Part shown: positions 37,954-51,024 of the stretch, piece after piece
Position numbering within the stretch: the first letter of the stretch is position 1
Layout: every line of letters starts with the position of its first letter
Notes under the pieces: generated by a model
The model's database searches: none
Seen by the model: only the letters and a program-made list of their open reading frames with translations
Told to the model about the DNA's origin: nothing
Position numbers and translations under genes: made by a program
Origin: a virus
Lineage: Duplodnaviria > Caudoviricetes
Length of the DNA: 59,782 nucleotides
Virus record (IMG/VR): IMGVR_UViG_3300028840_006308
Location: 1-59,782 of that record
Direction: 5' to 3' (one strand)

Positions 37954-40900
37954 CGGGATCGGCCTCCTCATGGAGCGCCAAGTAGACCCGGGCACAGTCG
38001 CCCATTGTTTTCATGTCCTTCTCCGCACCGGCGGTTTCGGACGAATCGTAGCCATGCTCCAGGCAGGACTTACGAAAGGCGGCCTCGGCTTCCTGCAGGT
38101 TATACAGAACCTGCTCCGCGGTCGCTACCCGCATCCGCAGCTCCTCGTTTGCATCCTGGGATATCTCGAGACGCTCTTCAAGGTGGTCGATAGTAGCGAA
38201 GATGCGCGCCTGCCACTCGGCCTTGGCCATCATGCGCGGGTCCTTGCGGATGAAGGCCACCTGCTTGGCGTTGAGGGGCTTGACGCCGGTCATTTCTTGC
38301 CCTTCGGATACATTGCCCTGTCCTCGGCCTTGGCCTTGTCCTCGAGGAAGTCCGCGATGGCGGCTCCAACGCCCTCCTCGCGCAGCAAGGCCGCCGCATC
38401 GCGCAGGAGGTGGCCATGGGAGAAATAGCTCAGGTTGAGGGCATCGTAGGCCGCCCCGGCGAATTCTATCCGCTCGCGGACCTTCTGGGCGATGGGTCCC
38501 CAGTCGGGGATGCCTCCGAGGGCGCTTCCCACCTCGTTGACCGTTACTCGCTGGGTCTTGGCCTCGGTCGCCCAGACTTGAGCTTCGAGGAGCATGATGT
38601 CGCGCTGTTTCTCCGCCTCGGCGAGGCGCTCGTTCGTTTCCTTCCACTGCTTGCCCACCTGCCGCGCGCAGGGGCCGCACATCATCTCACCCGGGGGTTC
38701 GGACTCGTCCATCAGGGGCACCGCGCAGTGGTCGCAGCACACCGTGCTGAGGAAGTTATCGACGTCCTCGGGCTTGTAGACCCCGCACAGGTCCGATAAC
38801 TGCTTCTCGAGCTTCTCCAGCGCATCGGCCAGGGGCGTCACCAAGTTCAAGAGCGCAACGGAACAATCCTCAACCACGTCATGATCTTCGTGGGAGCTAG
38901 CCGTGTCGGCCACGGCGTTGAGACGGCGAGCTTCTGCGATGAGCTCCTTAGTGGTCATGGCGTTCATCCTTCCCGCCCGGCAACCGTGCGCAGTGCCAGG
39001 TTGTGGACGCGGGACACGCCCGCGTTGGTTTCGTCGCCTGTTTCGGGCAGAACCATGGCGTTCAAGTCCACCTCACGCACCGAATCGGCCATCTCGCCAA
39101 TCATGCGAACGGCCTCCTTGTCGCCACCCCCCGATGTCCACATTCGACGTATGGTATGCAGCTCACCCGCGACAAATTTGTCCGGGGCGCTTAGGCTGAG
39201 CTTCTCCCAATCTTCGGGCACCTCGATGATCACAAGGCGGGGCAGGGGCTTTTCCTCGGCGTCCATTTTCTGTTATCCCCTCTCTTCCTTATCCAACCCC
39301 AGATGCCGACGAGCGGCTCTGGATAACTCCAGGCATGCCTCAGACGGGTGTATGTCCCTGGCACAGAATGCCCCTGCCAGGCGGGGCTCGCTTAACAGTT
39401 CGGTGGGCACCAGCGTGAGGCGTCCCGGCCCCGGACAAGTGGAGCCGTCCTCGCATCCTGTCAGGCGGCAAAAGCCATACTTGTCGTTGAACCAGGGACA
39501 GTCGTCGCACTCCAAGTACTCGATTACTATTTCGGCTAGACTCATACCTTAATCTCCAAGGCTACGGAGAACGTCGGTGTCGATCCGTCGTATCCCGCAA
39601 AGAAGGCGAACATCGAAACCCACAGCTCGTCGCAGATGCAGTCGCAACGACAAGCGGGGGCTACGCTCCGGCACATTTCCAAGACCAGGTCGGCTATAGC
39701 TAGCGTGCGGTCCGCGCCGATCATCAAGTCCAGCAGGCCCTGGATGGCATCGCTATCGATCTTCACTTGTTCTTCCTCCTGTTTCGGGGCTTGGCGATGC
39801 CCTCATTCTCGATGCGGCGAATAAGGCGCTGGATCCGATGGCTGATGACGGTCGCATGCCTCTCCAGCCAGTCGTCATCGGCCCACAAAGCCTCCAGTAT
39901 CTTCTTGGCCGACTTTCCGCGCGCCTGCTGGTAGTTGAGGAGCTCCCAGCTGTCATCTCCAATAGCCGCCGCCTCGCGGTCTATTTCATCGCGAGTGATA
40001 GGCTCTTCGCTCACTTGCCCTTCCTCCTCTTTACCACGAGCTCTATCGCCTTGGCCTGCTGCGGCGTTCGGATAATCCCCTTGGGGCACCCGACGGTTCT
40101 TCCTGTGAACCAGCACATGTTGCAAGCCGCCAGCGCCAGGCGCTCTTCTTTGTGCATACCGCTAAGCGGGCCCTTGTTGCTGTATCGCGGTGGTTCCGGC
40201 CAACAGGGGCGTCCCCACAGGACTATCGGGGTGTTCTTCACTTGCCCTTCCTCCTCTTCCGCGCGTTTTCGATTATCTTGTCGGCCTGGGGCCAACTGCC
40301 CTCCACGATGCTCTTGTAGTAGTCGCGGTCCATCTCGACGTGGGCGAGCTCCTCGGCAAGCTCCAAGAGGAAGGCGTACATCTCGCCTTTGGAGGCCGCC
40401 ATGACCTTCCTGATCTTACGGATGCGCTGGCAAAGCGGACAGGTGCAGTCCTTGAGTTTCTTGGGCATCAGACAGCTCCGCACAGGGGACAGTCCCCATC
40501 AAGATGGGCTTCTTGGCATTCGATGGCCGCGTATAGGTAATCGTCACCGCATAATGTCTTCGCGGCATCCACCTTCCACCAGGGCACAGATTCGAGCCTG
40601 CGGATAACCTCAGCATCTAGTTTTCTCCGGCGCATGGCCCGCTTCAGGAATATCACCGCCGAGAGGAGAAAGACGACCATCACAGTCGCAAGAACCACCC
40701 TGCTCTTAAGAGCGGAGGCAATCATCAGGGCCATGCTCGACAACGATAGGATGTAGTAGGGCCAGTCCAAGGGAATGGAATCAAGCTCGCCCTTAATGAG
40801 CCAGATTTCGCGGTCGCGCACCTTCATCTTAGTAGTACCCCAGGAAGCTCATCGTCACACGGCCGTGGACCTTGCAGGTCGCGTTGTGCTCCATCTTTAC

Positions 40901-43900
40901 CTCCCCCAAGCCGTTGATCAGGATGGTCTCGTCGGCCTTCACAAAGCGCCCACAGATAGGGCAAGTGCGCAGAAACATGGCCCCCTCGTCGCCATACGAG
41001 ACCAAGGGGCTTCCCTCTTGGATCATCAGCTGGCCTCTCCGCGTGCAACCCTATCTTGCGCCAGCTTTAAGTCATCTAGAAATCCCACCAGCTTCTCGTG
41101 GTCCTCCCGATTGAGCATTTGAAAGGAGAAGAAGAATCCTCGATCTGCTGCCTTGTCGATGTATTCGTAGCACATGGAAATTTCGTCGGCGATCATCTGA
41201 TCTAATGTTTCGGAGCCAAGAAGACGGAATATGGGAAAGCGCAGGTCGCCAGGCTCGTAAACACAGATCTTACCTGAAGCGATATCCTTGGCCAGTTTGC
41301 GCAGACAATCGTCGGGTCTGGGGGTATAGGAGGCTGTTTCTTGATTCATCTTACCACTCCGAGGTGCAGATGCAACAGGGCACCTGGCCCTTTTCCATGG
41401 CCTGGGCCAAGAGCGAGCCCGCTGTTTCGTCGGTCACAATGGTCTGATCGTGGTCGTGATGGAATCGCATCTCCTTGGCTAGCGGCACCGGTTCGCCGTC
41501 GAGGTCTTCGATCAACTCCTCGATGCTGCGCCAGTCGCACTGATTGTCTTTCACCGAAACCGTATCGCGCAGGTAGGCCATCAGCGCCTCGGATAGGCTC
41601 CGGCCCGCGTACCACATCGTCACGCAGGTAGAGAGGCTGTAGACCCGCCAGCGGCCGGGATAGAGCTCGAAACGCCAGGCGTCGACTTGCTCGGCGGTGG
41701 TAAGCATGTCCTTCATACCTTGTGCCCCTTCCGATTGCGCTCGTTCTCCGCGTTGTGCGGGGCAACGCAGAGCTCTACTAGGGGAAGCCGCCGCACTTCA
41801 TCGGCGGCGGTCAACTTGGTGCTTCCTGCGACGTTCTGGATGTACTTGCGAACCGCGGCCTTTAGCTGGGATAGCAGCAGCTCGTACTTGTTGGCGCCGG
41901 AGTAGAACCCCTCCGAGTGCTCGTGGCTCATGCACTTGGCGCAATAGATAACGCCCTCGTCCAGGTGCCTGCCGCAGCCGTCGCAGGTGATATCTACCTG
42001 TGCCTCGGCACCCATTACTTGGCCTCCGGTTTCGGCGGATAGGGCTTTGCAAGCACGGCGCGCATCTCCGCCTCTATCTGTTCCGTAAGCACGCAGCCGT
42101 TTTCGATGTACGCCAAGATGGCCGCACGTGCCTGGGCGAGCTGTCCTTCGGCGGCATTGGCGCGAGCTTGTTCCTTGAACATGAGCGTCAGGGGATGGCG
42201 GTCCTCCTTGGCCTTCCAGCGTCGCTCGGCCTCTTCACGCCGCTTTGCAACGGTATTGGGGTGGTGCTGCCGACAGTAGCCATCCTTTACGGCCCTGCGG
42301 CTACACCGGGCCGCCCCGGCGGGCGGATAGTTTCGCGCATACCGGACCACCTTTTCCTTGCAGCGCTCTTTCTTGGGGATCATTTCTTGCTCTTCCGCTT
42401 CGCCTTCTGGCGAACGGCCTTGAACTCCGGGACCATCGAAACCAGCACTGACCAGCTCGTCACGTTGCCCTTGTAGTCGCGGACGTTGATGTCGCTGTAA
42501 TGCGCGTTTGTCTGACCGTCGTGGTGTGGCTTGGCATATTCCTTTGCGGCCTGTGCGGGGCTAGTGGCGCACACCACAAGGATGCCGTCCTTCTCGCTGG
42601 CCTCGTAATGCTTAGACCAGCACCAATACTCATCGGGCATGAGGCGCGATGCCCAGCTGGGCCGTTTGCCCTTGTCTATGCGTGCTATTGATCGCATCGT
42701 TTCCCCTTCTTCCTCTTGGCCTTTTGCTTGGCCCTGGCCGCGTTCCAAGCGTCGATCTTCTCCTGGTCGGGATCCGGTGGGGGTGGCTTACGATTGCGCT
42801 TGTGGTGCTTGGCGGCGAGTATCATGGAGAGTGCGTAGGGGAGGTCCATGGTTATCTCGCCGTCACGTCTCTAGGGCCAATCTGTGAAAGCCCATCCGGG
42901 GCTTCTCCGGCGTTAATAAAGGAAATCCCCTCATCTATAAGCTCGCCCAGCAAGGGCTCTTCGCTCCCGGTCACATATGCTTCTTTGCACTGTGGAGAGC
43001 AGAAATAGACACGGCCGCCCGGGAGCCCGTTTAGATATGGCTGCCCGCGGGACCCGCGTCGAGCGCTAAGGGGTTCTCCGCAGAAGGGGCACGGATAGCT
43101 CATGGGCTCCGACCTAGTACGACTGCCCATCGGCCAGGTCGGCCAGGCGGTCGCTCTCCTTTTCCCAATCGCCGATGGCTTTCTTGATGGTGGAACAATC
43201 ATCGCGGACGTGACCCTCCAGGCCCTTTCTTGAGGCCCGCACGTAGCCTATTAGCCTGTCGAGCTCCGGCCATTCGCCCGGCTTTGCATCGATTTCGGTG
43301 CGCTCTTGATCGAGCTGCTTTTCGGCCTGTTCCAGGAACGCGCAGGCCTCCTCGATAGAGCCCAATGCATCGGAAAGAAGATGGCTCACGTCTTGGTCTC
43401 CTTGGCCTGTGCGTTCACTTGGCGCCGGATTTCCCGGTAGCAAGTATGGCAGAGCCGCATCTCCGTACAGCGGCCTCTTACGACCCACACGTAGACCGTA
43501 TCGCTGACGCAGAAGTTGCAACCGCCTGCATCGCGGGCCTTGGCGCGGTGTACGGTGGGATCCATCTTCACACGGCCGCCGTGATATAGCGGGCCAGGTT
43601 TTCCCCGGCTATTTCGAGATGATCGAACTCGGGGATATACTTGTCCGAGTCGTCGGCGGGTATAGCCCGCACAAGGGCCTTGGTGGCATCGCAATAGGCT
43701 TGGACGGCCTCTTCTACCCGTTCGGCGTCCAGGCGCTCCTCGTCCCGTACACGGGCCGCTTCCCGCTTTGCGTGCCCACGAGCGGCCTGCACTGCGGCAA
43801 TACCCACTTCCACGGCAATGTGGACTTCCTCGGGACCCAGTTTGGCCTTGTAGAACTCCTTCATTGCCCACTCCTCGGCAGCTTCTATCTCCGCTTGGGC

Positions 43901-43954
43901 GGGGTTGCCGCAGGATCCGCAGTAAGGGTCTCCACATAGGCACGGTCCGCTCAT
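37946..43954 (-). other. Dense array of about 20 short hypothetical ORFs
   Basis: Overlapping stop/start tiling and many CxxC pairs; no recognisable families. Confidence 0.6.
40011..40258. repeat. 21-bp direct repeat at gene junctions
   Basis: TCACTTGCCCTTCCTCCTCTT at 40011-40031 and 40238-40258. Confidence 0.85.
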
Positions 43955-43975
43955 TTCCTTTCCCTCCTGTTGTCC

Positions 43976-44003
43976 ATTATGTAGACATCTCTGCCAAAGT
44001 CAA
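43976..44003 (-). promoter_or_regulatory. Sigma70-type internal promoter
   Basis: TTGACT-16 nt-CATAAT in an AT-rich gap. Confidence 0.6.
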
Positions 44004-44027
44004 GGCATAAATTAGGTAAATACCGGA

Positions 44028-44348
44028 CTAATAGCGTAAACCCTTGAGACTGCGGCCTGCACGGAAGGATACGGTTCTGCTTTCAGGGACGGCCTTTGCC
44101 TGGCCCTTAGGGGCCTTCACGCGCCTTTTGGCCCACCCCCGGGGCCGAAAGCTACCAAAGCCCCTCAACTCAACACAGTGGCCTTTCTGCAGGGCGGAAA
44201 CCAACTCGTCCAGGAATGCGTTCAAGACGATCCGCACGGGCTCGGCCTTTACGTCAAGAGCCTCGGCCGCCCGGCGGCACAGCTCCCGCTTGTGGACCGT
44301 AACCTTCGCGGCCTTGTTGCGCTTGATGACCCACTTGGGCTTAGGCAT
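44028..44348 (-). CDS. HU/IHF-family DNA-binding protein
   Basis: KRELCRRAAE...VELRGFGSF...VPESRTVSFRAGRSLK. Confidence 0.9.
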   Translation of the reverse strand: MPKPKWVIKRNKAAKVTVHKRELCRRAAEALDVKAEPVRIVLNAFLDELVSALQKGHCVELRGFGSFRPRGWAKRRVKAPKGQAKAVPESRTVSFRAGRSLKGLRY

Positions 44349-44630
44349 CGGTGTTCTCCTCGGACTCCAAGGGCAGCATCTCCAGCAGGAGGTCGCGCAG
44401 GATTAACGCATCCTCCATATCAAGGAGCAATTCCCCGCCATCGCGGACCACGCTCTCAACTCGCAGGGCTTCTCTTCCTTGCCAGCTCTCGACAAACTCA
44501 AGATTGAAGTGAAGCGTGCCGGACGAGTCAATGAACGCCCCTGCCTGGGGTTTCTGGGTCTCTAGCTCTCGTCGCAGTGCCGCGAAACGCTGTCCCCAGG
44601 TATTCGGCTTAGGCATCGGTGTTCTCCTCG
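44338..44630. repeat. 25-bp direct repeat flanking ORF 44341-44616
   Basis: GGCTTAGGCATCGGTGTTCTCCTCG at 44338-44362 and 44606-44630. Confidence 0.9.
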
Positions 44631-46378
44631 TCGCGCCATTCTCCAAGCATGGTGAGTATAGGCAGAACCGCCCGCACCGCATCTCGGATAGTCTCGTGGC
44701 CATCGCCATCGTAATCCTGCCGGTGCAAGAGAATGACCGCCGCCCTCCGAAGCTCCACTAATATGCCGTACAGGGGCAATGGGGTGTCCAGGCGCAGCAA
44801 CCTTTCAAGGCGGCGGCTGGCCCGAAGTTCCGGCGCGTTGACGTGCATCGTGAGCTCATCTAGCCTCTCCCGCATCGCCCACATATCAAGCCAGGCGTTC
44901 TTGAGCCACTCGTCGTCCTTTTCGGTGGGAGTGGGCGAGCGCTCCTGGTCCATCACCGCATCCATGCGGGCATAGATGTCCTCGAGTTTCCGGCCTGCCG
45001 CTCTTTCCAACATCACGGACTCCTTGTAGACCCTGGCAAACTTCTCGGCCAATTTCCCTGCCTCGCCATCGGGCACCTCGCACGTTAAGAGCGGACGATT
45101 GCGGGGATCTTGGAAGAAGCATAACTCCTTGGCCATCGAGGTTACTCCTTGGCGGACGATTCGATCTCCGCCCTTATCTTCATGGCCTGATAGGTATCCA
45201 GCGACATGATCATCAGCCCGTACTCGGCCTGTAGGTTGTCGCCGCAGGCCAGGCATACGTGCGGGCAGGTCATCACGAACGAGTCGGGGTTGCCGCAGAA
45301 CAAGCAGGCCTTGGGGTCGTGTTTAGTCATTGGAGCCTCCCACCGCGATGTTCTCTATTTCCTCGCGCGTCTTGGAACGCTCCAGGGCCATCTGGATGCC
45401 AATGAGGTGCGCCCGGCAACGCATGGATACCATCTTGCCCGGCAATTCTACATCCCACCAGTCGGGGCCTAAGACATACTGGCCATGCTCGCGGATCCAG
45501 ACGTCCCAGTAGAACTCCGACTCCATGTGCGAAAGCATTCGCAGTTCTTCGGCCTTATCGACGGCCTTCTGGTTGTCCTCCTCTCGCTGCGTCTTAACCC
45601 ACCACTCGTACCAGCGCTCGGCCTCGCGAGTGTTCCATTCCCGGTGGCCTTTCCCATTTTCGCTGGCCTCGCACTTACTAGCGAAGTAGTCGATGCCACA
45701 GCCCGCCAGGAAGTCCCAACTAATGGGGCCGCTCCACCAGTAGGTGGCGCATCCCAGGTCGCCGCGAACTACCAGCCACCGGTCGTCCATGATGGTGTAG
45801 AGCACGCGGTTGCACCAGCTGTCGTCCGGTGTGCTCCATTTGAGGTGATGGCCGTGGTCGGTCTTCAGGAAAGAGGGCTCGTGGTCCTTGAACCAGGTCG
45901 TGCGAATTGTGTGGTCCATCTTCTCATAGGCGTCCATTGGTTTCCTCCTTCTTGCCTGTGCTTACTATCGGTCTTCGGGCTCTTTCGATGTCGCGAGTCT
46001 TATTCCATCGGCAGGTACTGCACTGGCGCGCTTCTTGAAATCCGGAGCATAGCGCACCGAACGATACCTCGCCCGGCTCATGTTCAGGGCACTTCTCCGG
46101 ACGATAGAGGTCCGTAGGGTTCTTGTTGCCGCTCAGGCGGGCGCAGAGGCGCGATACAAAGCTCATGCCTATCCTCCTCTTGGTCATCGCTGCCAAACCC
46201 TTATCAGGTTTACCAGCCAGAACCAGACTCGGTGCCGCATGCGAATGGGCGGCCGAGAGTACAACACTGGGCCATCGGCGAGGTACTGATAGCCATCGAG
46301 CGGTGCTGGGGCGTAGTTTGGCCATCGATACCAGCCGATGTCGTCGGTCGTCCAGGGGGAGCCCGGGTTATTTATCAT
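44341..46378 (-). other. Short hypothetical ORFs (44341-44616, 44609-45136, 45142-45330, 45323-45937, 45924-, 46184-46378)
   Basis: Tiling ORFs. Confidence 0.55.
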
Positions 46379-46745
46379 CCGTCTTCGATTCCTTCAACTT
46401 CATCGCCTGTTCCCAGGCAGACCGCAGGCCCTTGAGCACGCTCATGGCGTCATCTATCCGCTGGGGTTCCTGGTAGACGTTGGCCTCCACCAGGCGGTTG
46501 TAGGAGTAGGTGTAGAGGCTGGCCAGATTGTCGCCGATCTCACCTGCTTTCTTGCGGTCCAGGGCATACAGCAGCTCCATCACGATGTTCTGGGCCTTGG
46601 TCAGATGCTGGTGGGCGGCCTCCTTGTCTTTGCGCGCCATGGCCTCCTTGCCGTCCTGGCAGTACTTCAGGGCACCGTCGTAGAGCATCAGCACCAGTTG
46701 CTCGCGACTGGCATTCTGTATCTCGGTCTTGATGTCTTCGGTCAT
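46368..46745 (-). CDS. fliS: Flagellar export chaperone FliS homolog
   Basis: ASREQLVLMLYDGAL...KAQNIVMELLYALD...GEIGDNLASLYTY...RLVEAN...LRSAWEQ. Confidence 0.9.
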   Translation of the reverse strand: MTEDIKTEIQNASREQLVLMLYDGALKYCQDGKEAMARKDKEAAHQHLTKAQNIVMELLYALDRKKAGEIGDNLASLYTYSYNRLVEANVYQEPQRIDDAMSVLKGLRSAWEQAMKLKESKTDDK

Positions 46746-49700
46746 TTCTCCTTCTCCGCCAGGGCTGCAATGATGTCCTGCGCCATGTCATAGGCGCGCC
46801 GTTCGCCCCGTTTCAACCCCGCGTGCTTGAGCATATCGTGGAGCACCTGGATGCACGTCAGGCTCTTGCCCAGCAAACTGCGAAACGCACTCTCCCTCAA
46901 CCGCGACCGCTCCGCCTCGGCCTTTAGCCGCTGGAACCGGCCGTCTCGGCAGTCGCTGCACTTGCATTCGTTAGTCATGCGTCACCCCCGGCATTGGCGG
47001 CAACATGGTGCAGGCGTATCGCCCGGTCTATCACATCGCGCATGTCATCTCCCCACCTTTCGATGGTGTTGGGGTAGTATCCGTCCTCGTCGGCCTTGGG
47101 TCCGTGCGAGAGCGCCTCCTCGAGCGCCTCGCTTCGCACGACTACGCCTGGACAGTAGCTCTCGTCGCCCACGTCCTCTATCGATATGTATCGCAGGAGG
47201 AAGTCGAGACGCTCCTTGTCGGTACCACACTGTGAGTGCTTGATCCTTATCGGCATCTCAGGGCTCCTCGCGCTGGCGCTCTTTCGGCGCTTTGATTATC
47301 AGGTACTTGCCTATGGGAAGTGTGTTGATGTCGCCGCGCCACGTTTTGCTTGGGCTATCGTAGAATCCTCCGTTGCGGCCCATTATGCGATCATGCATCT
47401 CGAACACTTCCAGTTCCACGCTATCGCCCCGACCCTCTAGCTCTGTAATGGCTTGGAGTGCCTCCGTAAGCTGTGAATGTAGGCTGTCGCGTTCCTCGCG
47501 TAGCTTCTCAATCGCGGCATTGAGGAAAATGCAGCTCGCACACTGCGCATCCTTCCGGCAATGCTCGCACCCCATGCTTCCATAGTTCTCATAGCAGGAC
47601 TCCCCACACTTTTGGCATACTCTTGGCCAGTGCATCACTCAATCCCCACTTTCGACGTATACCGATGGCCCCCCTTAGGCCCCCCGCCAGGCAGGCGCAC
47701 GAGGTGGCCCCGCTTCCAGAGCTTGTGCAACCGCGAGCTGGCCTTGTTGCAGTCCATGCCTATCAGCTCGCTTACCTCCCATGCGGTCACCGGGCCGTGA
47801 CGAACCACGCACCAGTAGACCCGATGGGCCTGGCTGTTAGCCCTTAGCATGGGTCCCCTCGCGCGCGGCCAGCCACTTCTCGAAGTGTGGCCATATCGGG
47901 TGTTTCTCGCCGGGCTGGCGCTTCATCACCGCCCCGTCTTTGCGCAGGAACAAGGGACCCAGCCACTCGTTGAAGCTCCATCGGTACTCGCGGTCATTTA
48001 CGAACGCCGAGCCGAAGTCATCGTCCACGCAGATGAAACCGCAGGGGATCCTTATGCAGGCCATCGGCTAGTTCTCGGCGCATAGCTGGGCAAGAGTTCT
48101 CGGTTTGGGGCACAAACCCCTCGGGTGATAGGTATAACACCCCGTATCCTTGCCATCTATCAGGAGGGGGCGCGCCTCAGTGGGATACCCCAGCTCGCAT
48201 CCAGGACAGGGGCAACCCGCCCAGTCCCGGAGGGCGCGACAACCACCGCAGCTTCGGGCCTTGCGCTTCAGCATAGCTCCCTCGAAAGCCTCTCGGCCTC
48301 CCGCCTCTGCATGTCGGCGAATCTACGCAGGGCCCCGGAAAGGGCGTGGCGGTGTGCGAGCACAAATTGGGCGTACTTCATGACGCCATCACAGCGGCAG
48401 CAATGCACAACCAAGGTGCCCGCGAGCTCGCCCACCCCCACGGTCTCATTGGGGACCTGCCCTTCGGCTACCGGGGTGCCGTATTCCTTCCCGCAGAAAC
48501 CGCATTCGGCAGCATCGGTGCCGCCGTCGCAAACGGCCTCCATCAGACAATCAGCCATCATACTTAGTTGGCTCATGATCCTTTTTCCTCCCCGGCCTTC
48601 GGCTGCACATCATGCGGCCCCCACTCCACGTTGTGTCGCTTGCCCGTGTATCCGCACTCGTGGCATCCGCAGCCAAGGGCCACGCCATTCCCGTCAACGG
48701 GAGCGCCCTGCACAGGATGGCCGTCTATCGTCTCGTGACATCCGCTACACGGCGTGGTGTAGGCGAACCGCGTGAATAGCAGTGCCCCGCCGTAGCATTC
48801 ATCCGGCTGTCCATCATCCGTAGTGGCGTAGCGCCTGCGGCGGTCGAGTCGTTGTTCTGCGAGCTTTTCGGCCTCTTGAATCGTCAACTCTCGCATCATT
48901 CACCCCTTTACCAACGCACAATAATGTGCCTCACCGGACAGAAAAGTTGGCCGATGGCCACTGCAATCTCAGGGCCACATAGCCCCAGCACGTTCCCTGT
49001 CGCCGGTAGATCAGATCGTTTGCTGTCGACCTGCGTGCTGCCCCGGATGGTCATCGGGGGAGTTACCAGTGGAGGTTGTGTCGCTCGCATCGGCCTAATC
49101 CTTGATACAATCCCTGAGCTCCGCTTCCAGCTTGGCCACCTCGCGCTTCAGGCGCTTGAGCCGACGCCGCTTCGCAGCCTTCTCGGGTCCGCGACGTTTT
49201 CGGCCCTTGCGAGCCTTGGCAGTCCCGTCCAGGTAGCCTGCGCCATAGGAGAAGAGCAGGCAGCCCAGGCCCGCGATCATGGAAAGCGAGCGAGTTTGGG
49301 CATCTTGAAAGCGCTCTATCGGGTCCATCACTCCTCCTCTTTCGGCACCAGCTCCCCGCACTGCGGGCAGTAGGTGCCCTCGCGGGAGATGCTCTTTGCG
49401 TCCTTGGCGTCGAAGTTGAGCTCGCACTTCGGGCATACGTAGTAACCCACCGACAGGAACCACGTGCCGTCCTGGGCGTAGAGGTGGATGTCCTCGAAGT
49501 GCGGGGCGAAGTGCGTCAGGGCCTGCTCGGCCTCGTCGCGGTCCAGGCCCTCGGGGTTCTTCTCGTCGAGGATACCCACGATGCGCCTTAACTCCTTCAC
49601 CCGCTTGGGCAGGCGCGAGTTGGCGTAGGCGGCGAAGGAACGGATCCTCACGAGTTACCTCAGCTCCCTGCGGCCCGTCTTGAGGTCTGCCCCAATCTTG

Positions 49701-49960
49701 GCCATGGCTACCGTTCGGTCCAGGCACTGCTCCCGTTCCTCGTCCCACATGGGGCAGATGCCCAGCTTGCCGACGCAGGGGGCGCCACCTACCGAGGACT
49801 GGACGGCTATCCCGGCCTGGCCACCGACTATCTGCGGGGGCACCTGTCCGATGGTCTGCGTCACCCATGTGCGTCGATGGCAGTAGCCGCCCTGCTCGCG
49901 GATGGCCTTGAGCTGTTCCTCGGGGATAGCCGCCCCCAAGTCCATGGGCTTAGGCTCCAT
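46742..49960 (-). other. Array of about 11 short hypothetical ORFs, including a small wHTH at 47635-47850
   Basis: Tiling ORFs; VSELIGMDCNKASSRLHKLWKRG. Confidence 0.55.
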
Positions 49961-50322
49961 CAGTCCTCCTCCTCTTCGCCATCCGTACCTTCACCTTCCG
50001 CTTCGGCTTCGGCTTCCGCCCCCGCCTCCGCTTCTTCCCCGCCATCGCCTTGCGAATCGCCTTCTCCAGGCTCGCCATCGCTGTCGTTCTCCTCCGGCAC
50101 TTGCACGACCTTGCCGATGTTGCCGATATCCTCCTTGGGGGTCTCCTCGATAATAGGGATGAGGGTGTCGAGCACATTGGCCACCAGGTTCGACACGCTC
50201 ATGCCCAACCGCGCGGCCTGGGCCTGCCATCGCTCGGGCATCTCCTGATCGGCGTAGTAGACCGTGATGTTTCCGCGCTGCTTCTCGACCGGCGCGTCCT
50301 TCTTCTTTCTCCTCCTTGCCAT
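49960..50322 (-). CDS. Ribbon-helix-helix regulator with acidic tail
   Basis: NITVYY...AQAARLGMSVSNLVANVL. Confidence 0.6.
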   Translation of the reverse strand: MARRRKKKDAPVEKQRGNITVYYADQEMPERWQAQAARLGMSVSNLVANVLDTLIPIIEETPKEDIGNIGKVVQVPEENDSDGEPGEGDSQGDGGEEAEAGAEAEAEAEGEGTDGEEEED

Positions 50323-50748
50323 GACGCTCTACTCCTTCTTGAAAAACTGCATGAGCTTGCCTATTTCGAGCTTGCACCAGCCCAACTTCTTGCGGGTGCC
50401 TGCCGAATCGGTCTCGACCACCTCCAGCTCCACGTCGTTGAGGTCGGAGGGGTCCACCCGCACCACCGCCTGGCGCTTGGGCGCATCCTCCTCGCCGGTC
50501 TTGAGCTCGAAGTTAAGATCAACCTTCACAACTGCCTCCCTTCCCGTTGCCCGCTTCACCAGGACCGCCACCGTGCGGGTAGCAGCCCCGATAAGGGCTC
50601 TTGCGGCGCTTTCTAACACATCGGCTCCAGAAATCGTTGATGGCATCCGGCGACAGGATTATCCAGGCGAGCACGGTCGCGGCGACCATGAGTATGGCCG
50701 ATAGGCACCAGATGGCCGCGTCTACCAGGCGCTCCCAGAGCGTGCGAA

Positions 50749-51024
50749 TCATCCGATGAACCCCTCGCGGTTGGCCAGCTCCAGTAGGATATCGGCGTGG
50801 CAGGGGGCCGGTGCACACCAGCACACCAGGTCTCGGCCGCGTAACTCCGGCAACGCCTCGATGAGCTGTCGGTTGCCCAGCAGCATGCTGCGATACTTCT
50901 CGATGACTTGAGTGCGCGTGCCGTCCTTGCCCACCGTAAAGGGGTTGCCCCATTTCGAGGGACGCCCCACGTAGACGGCCTCGGGCGGGATGGTATCGCG
51001 GCGCTTGTTAAGTACGCGAGGCAT
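50749..51024 (-). CDS. DUF4326-family protein
   Basis: VYVGRPSKWGNPF...LRGRDLVCWCAPAPCHADIL. Confidence 0.88.
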   Translation of the reverse strand: MPRVLNKRRDTIPPEAVYVGRPSKWGNPFTVGKDGTRTQVIEKYRSMLLGNRQLIEALPELRGRDLVCWCAPAPCHADILLELANREGFIG

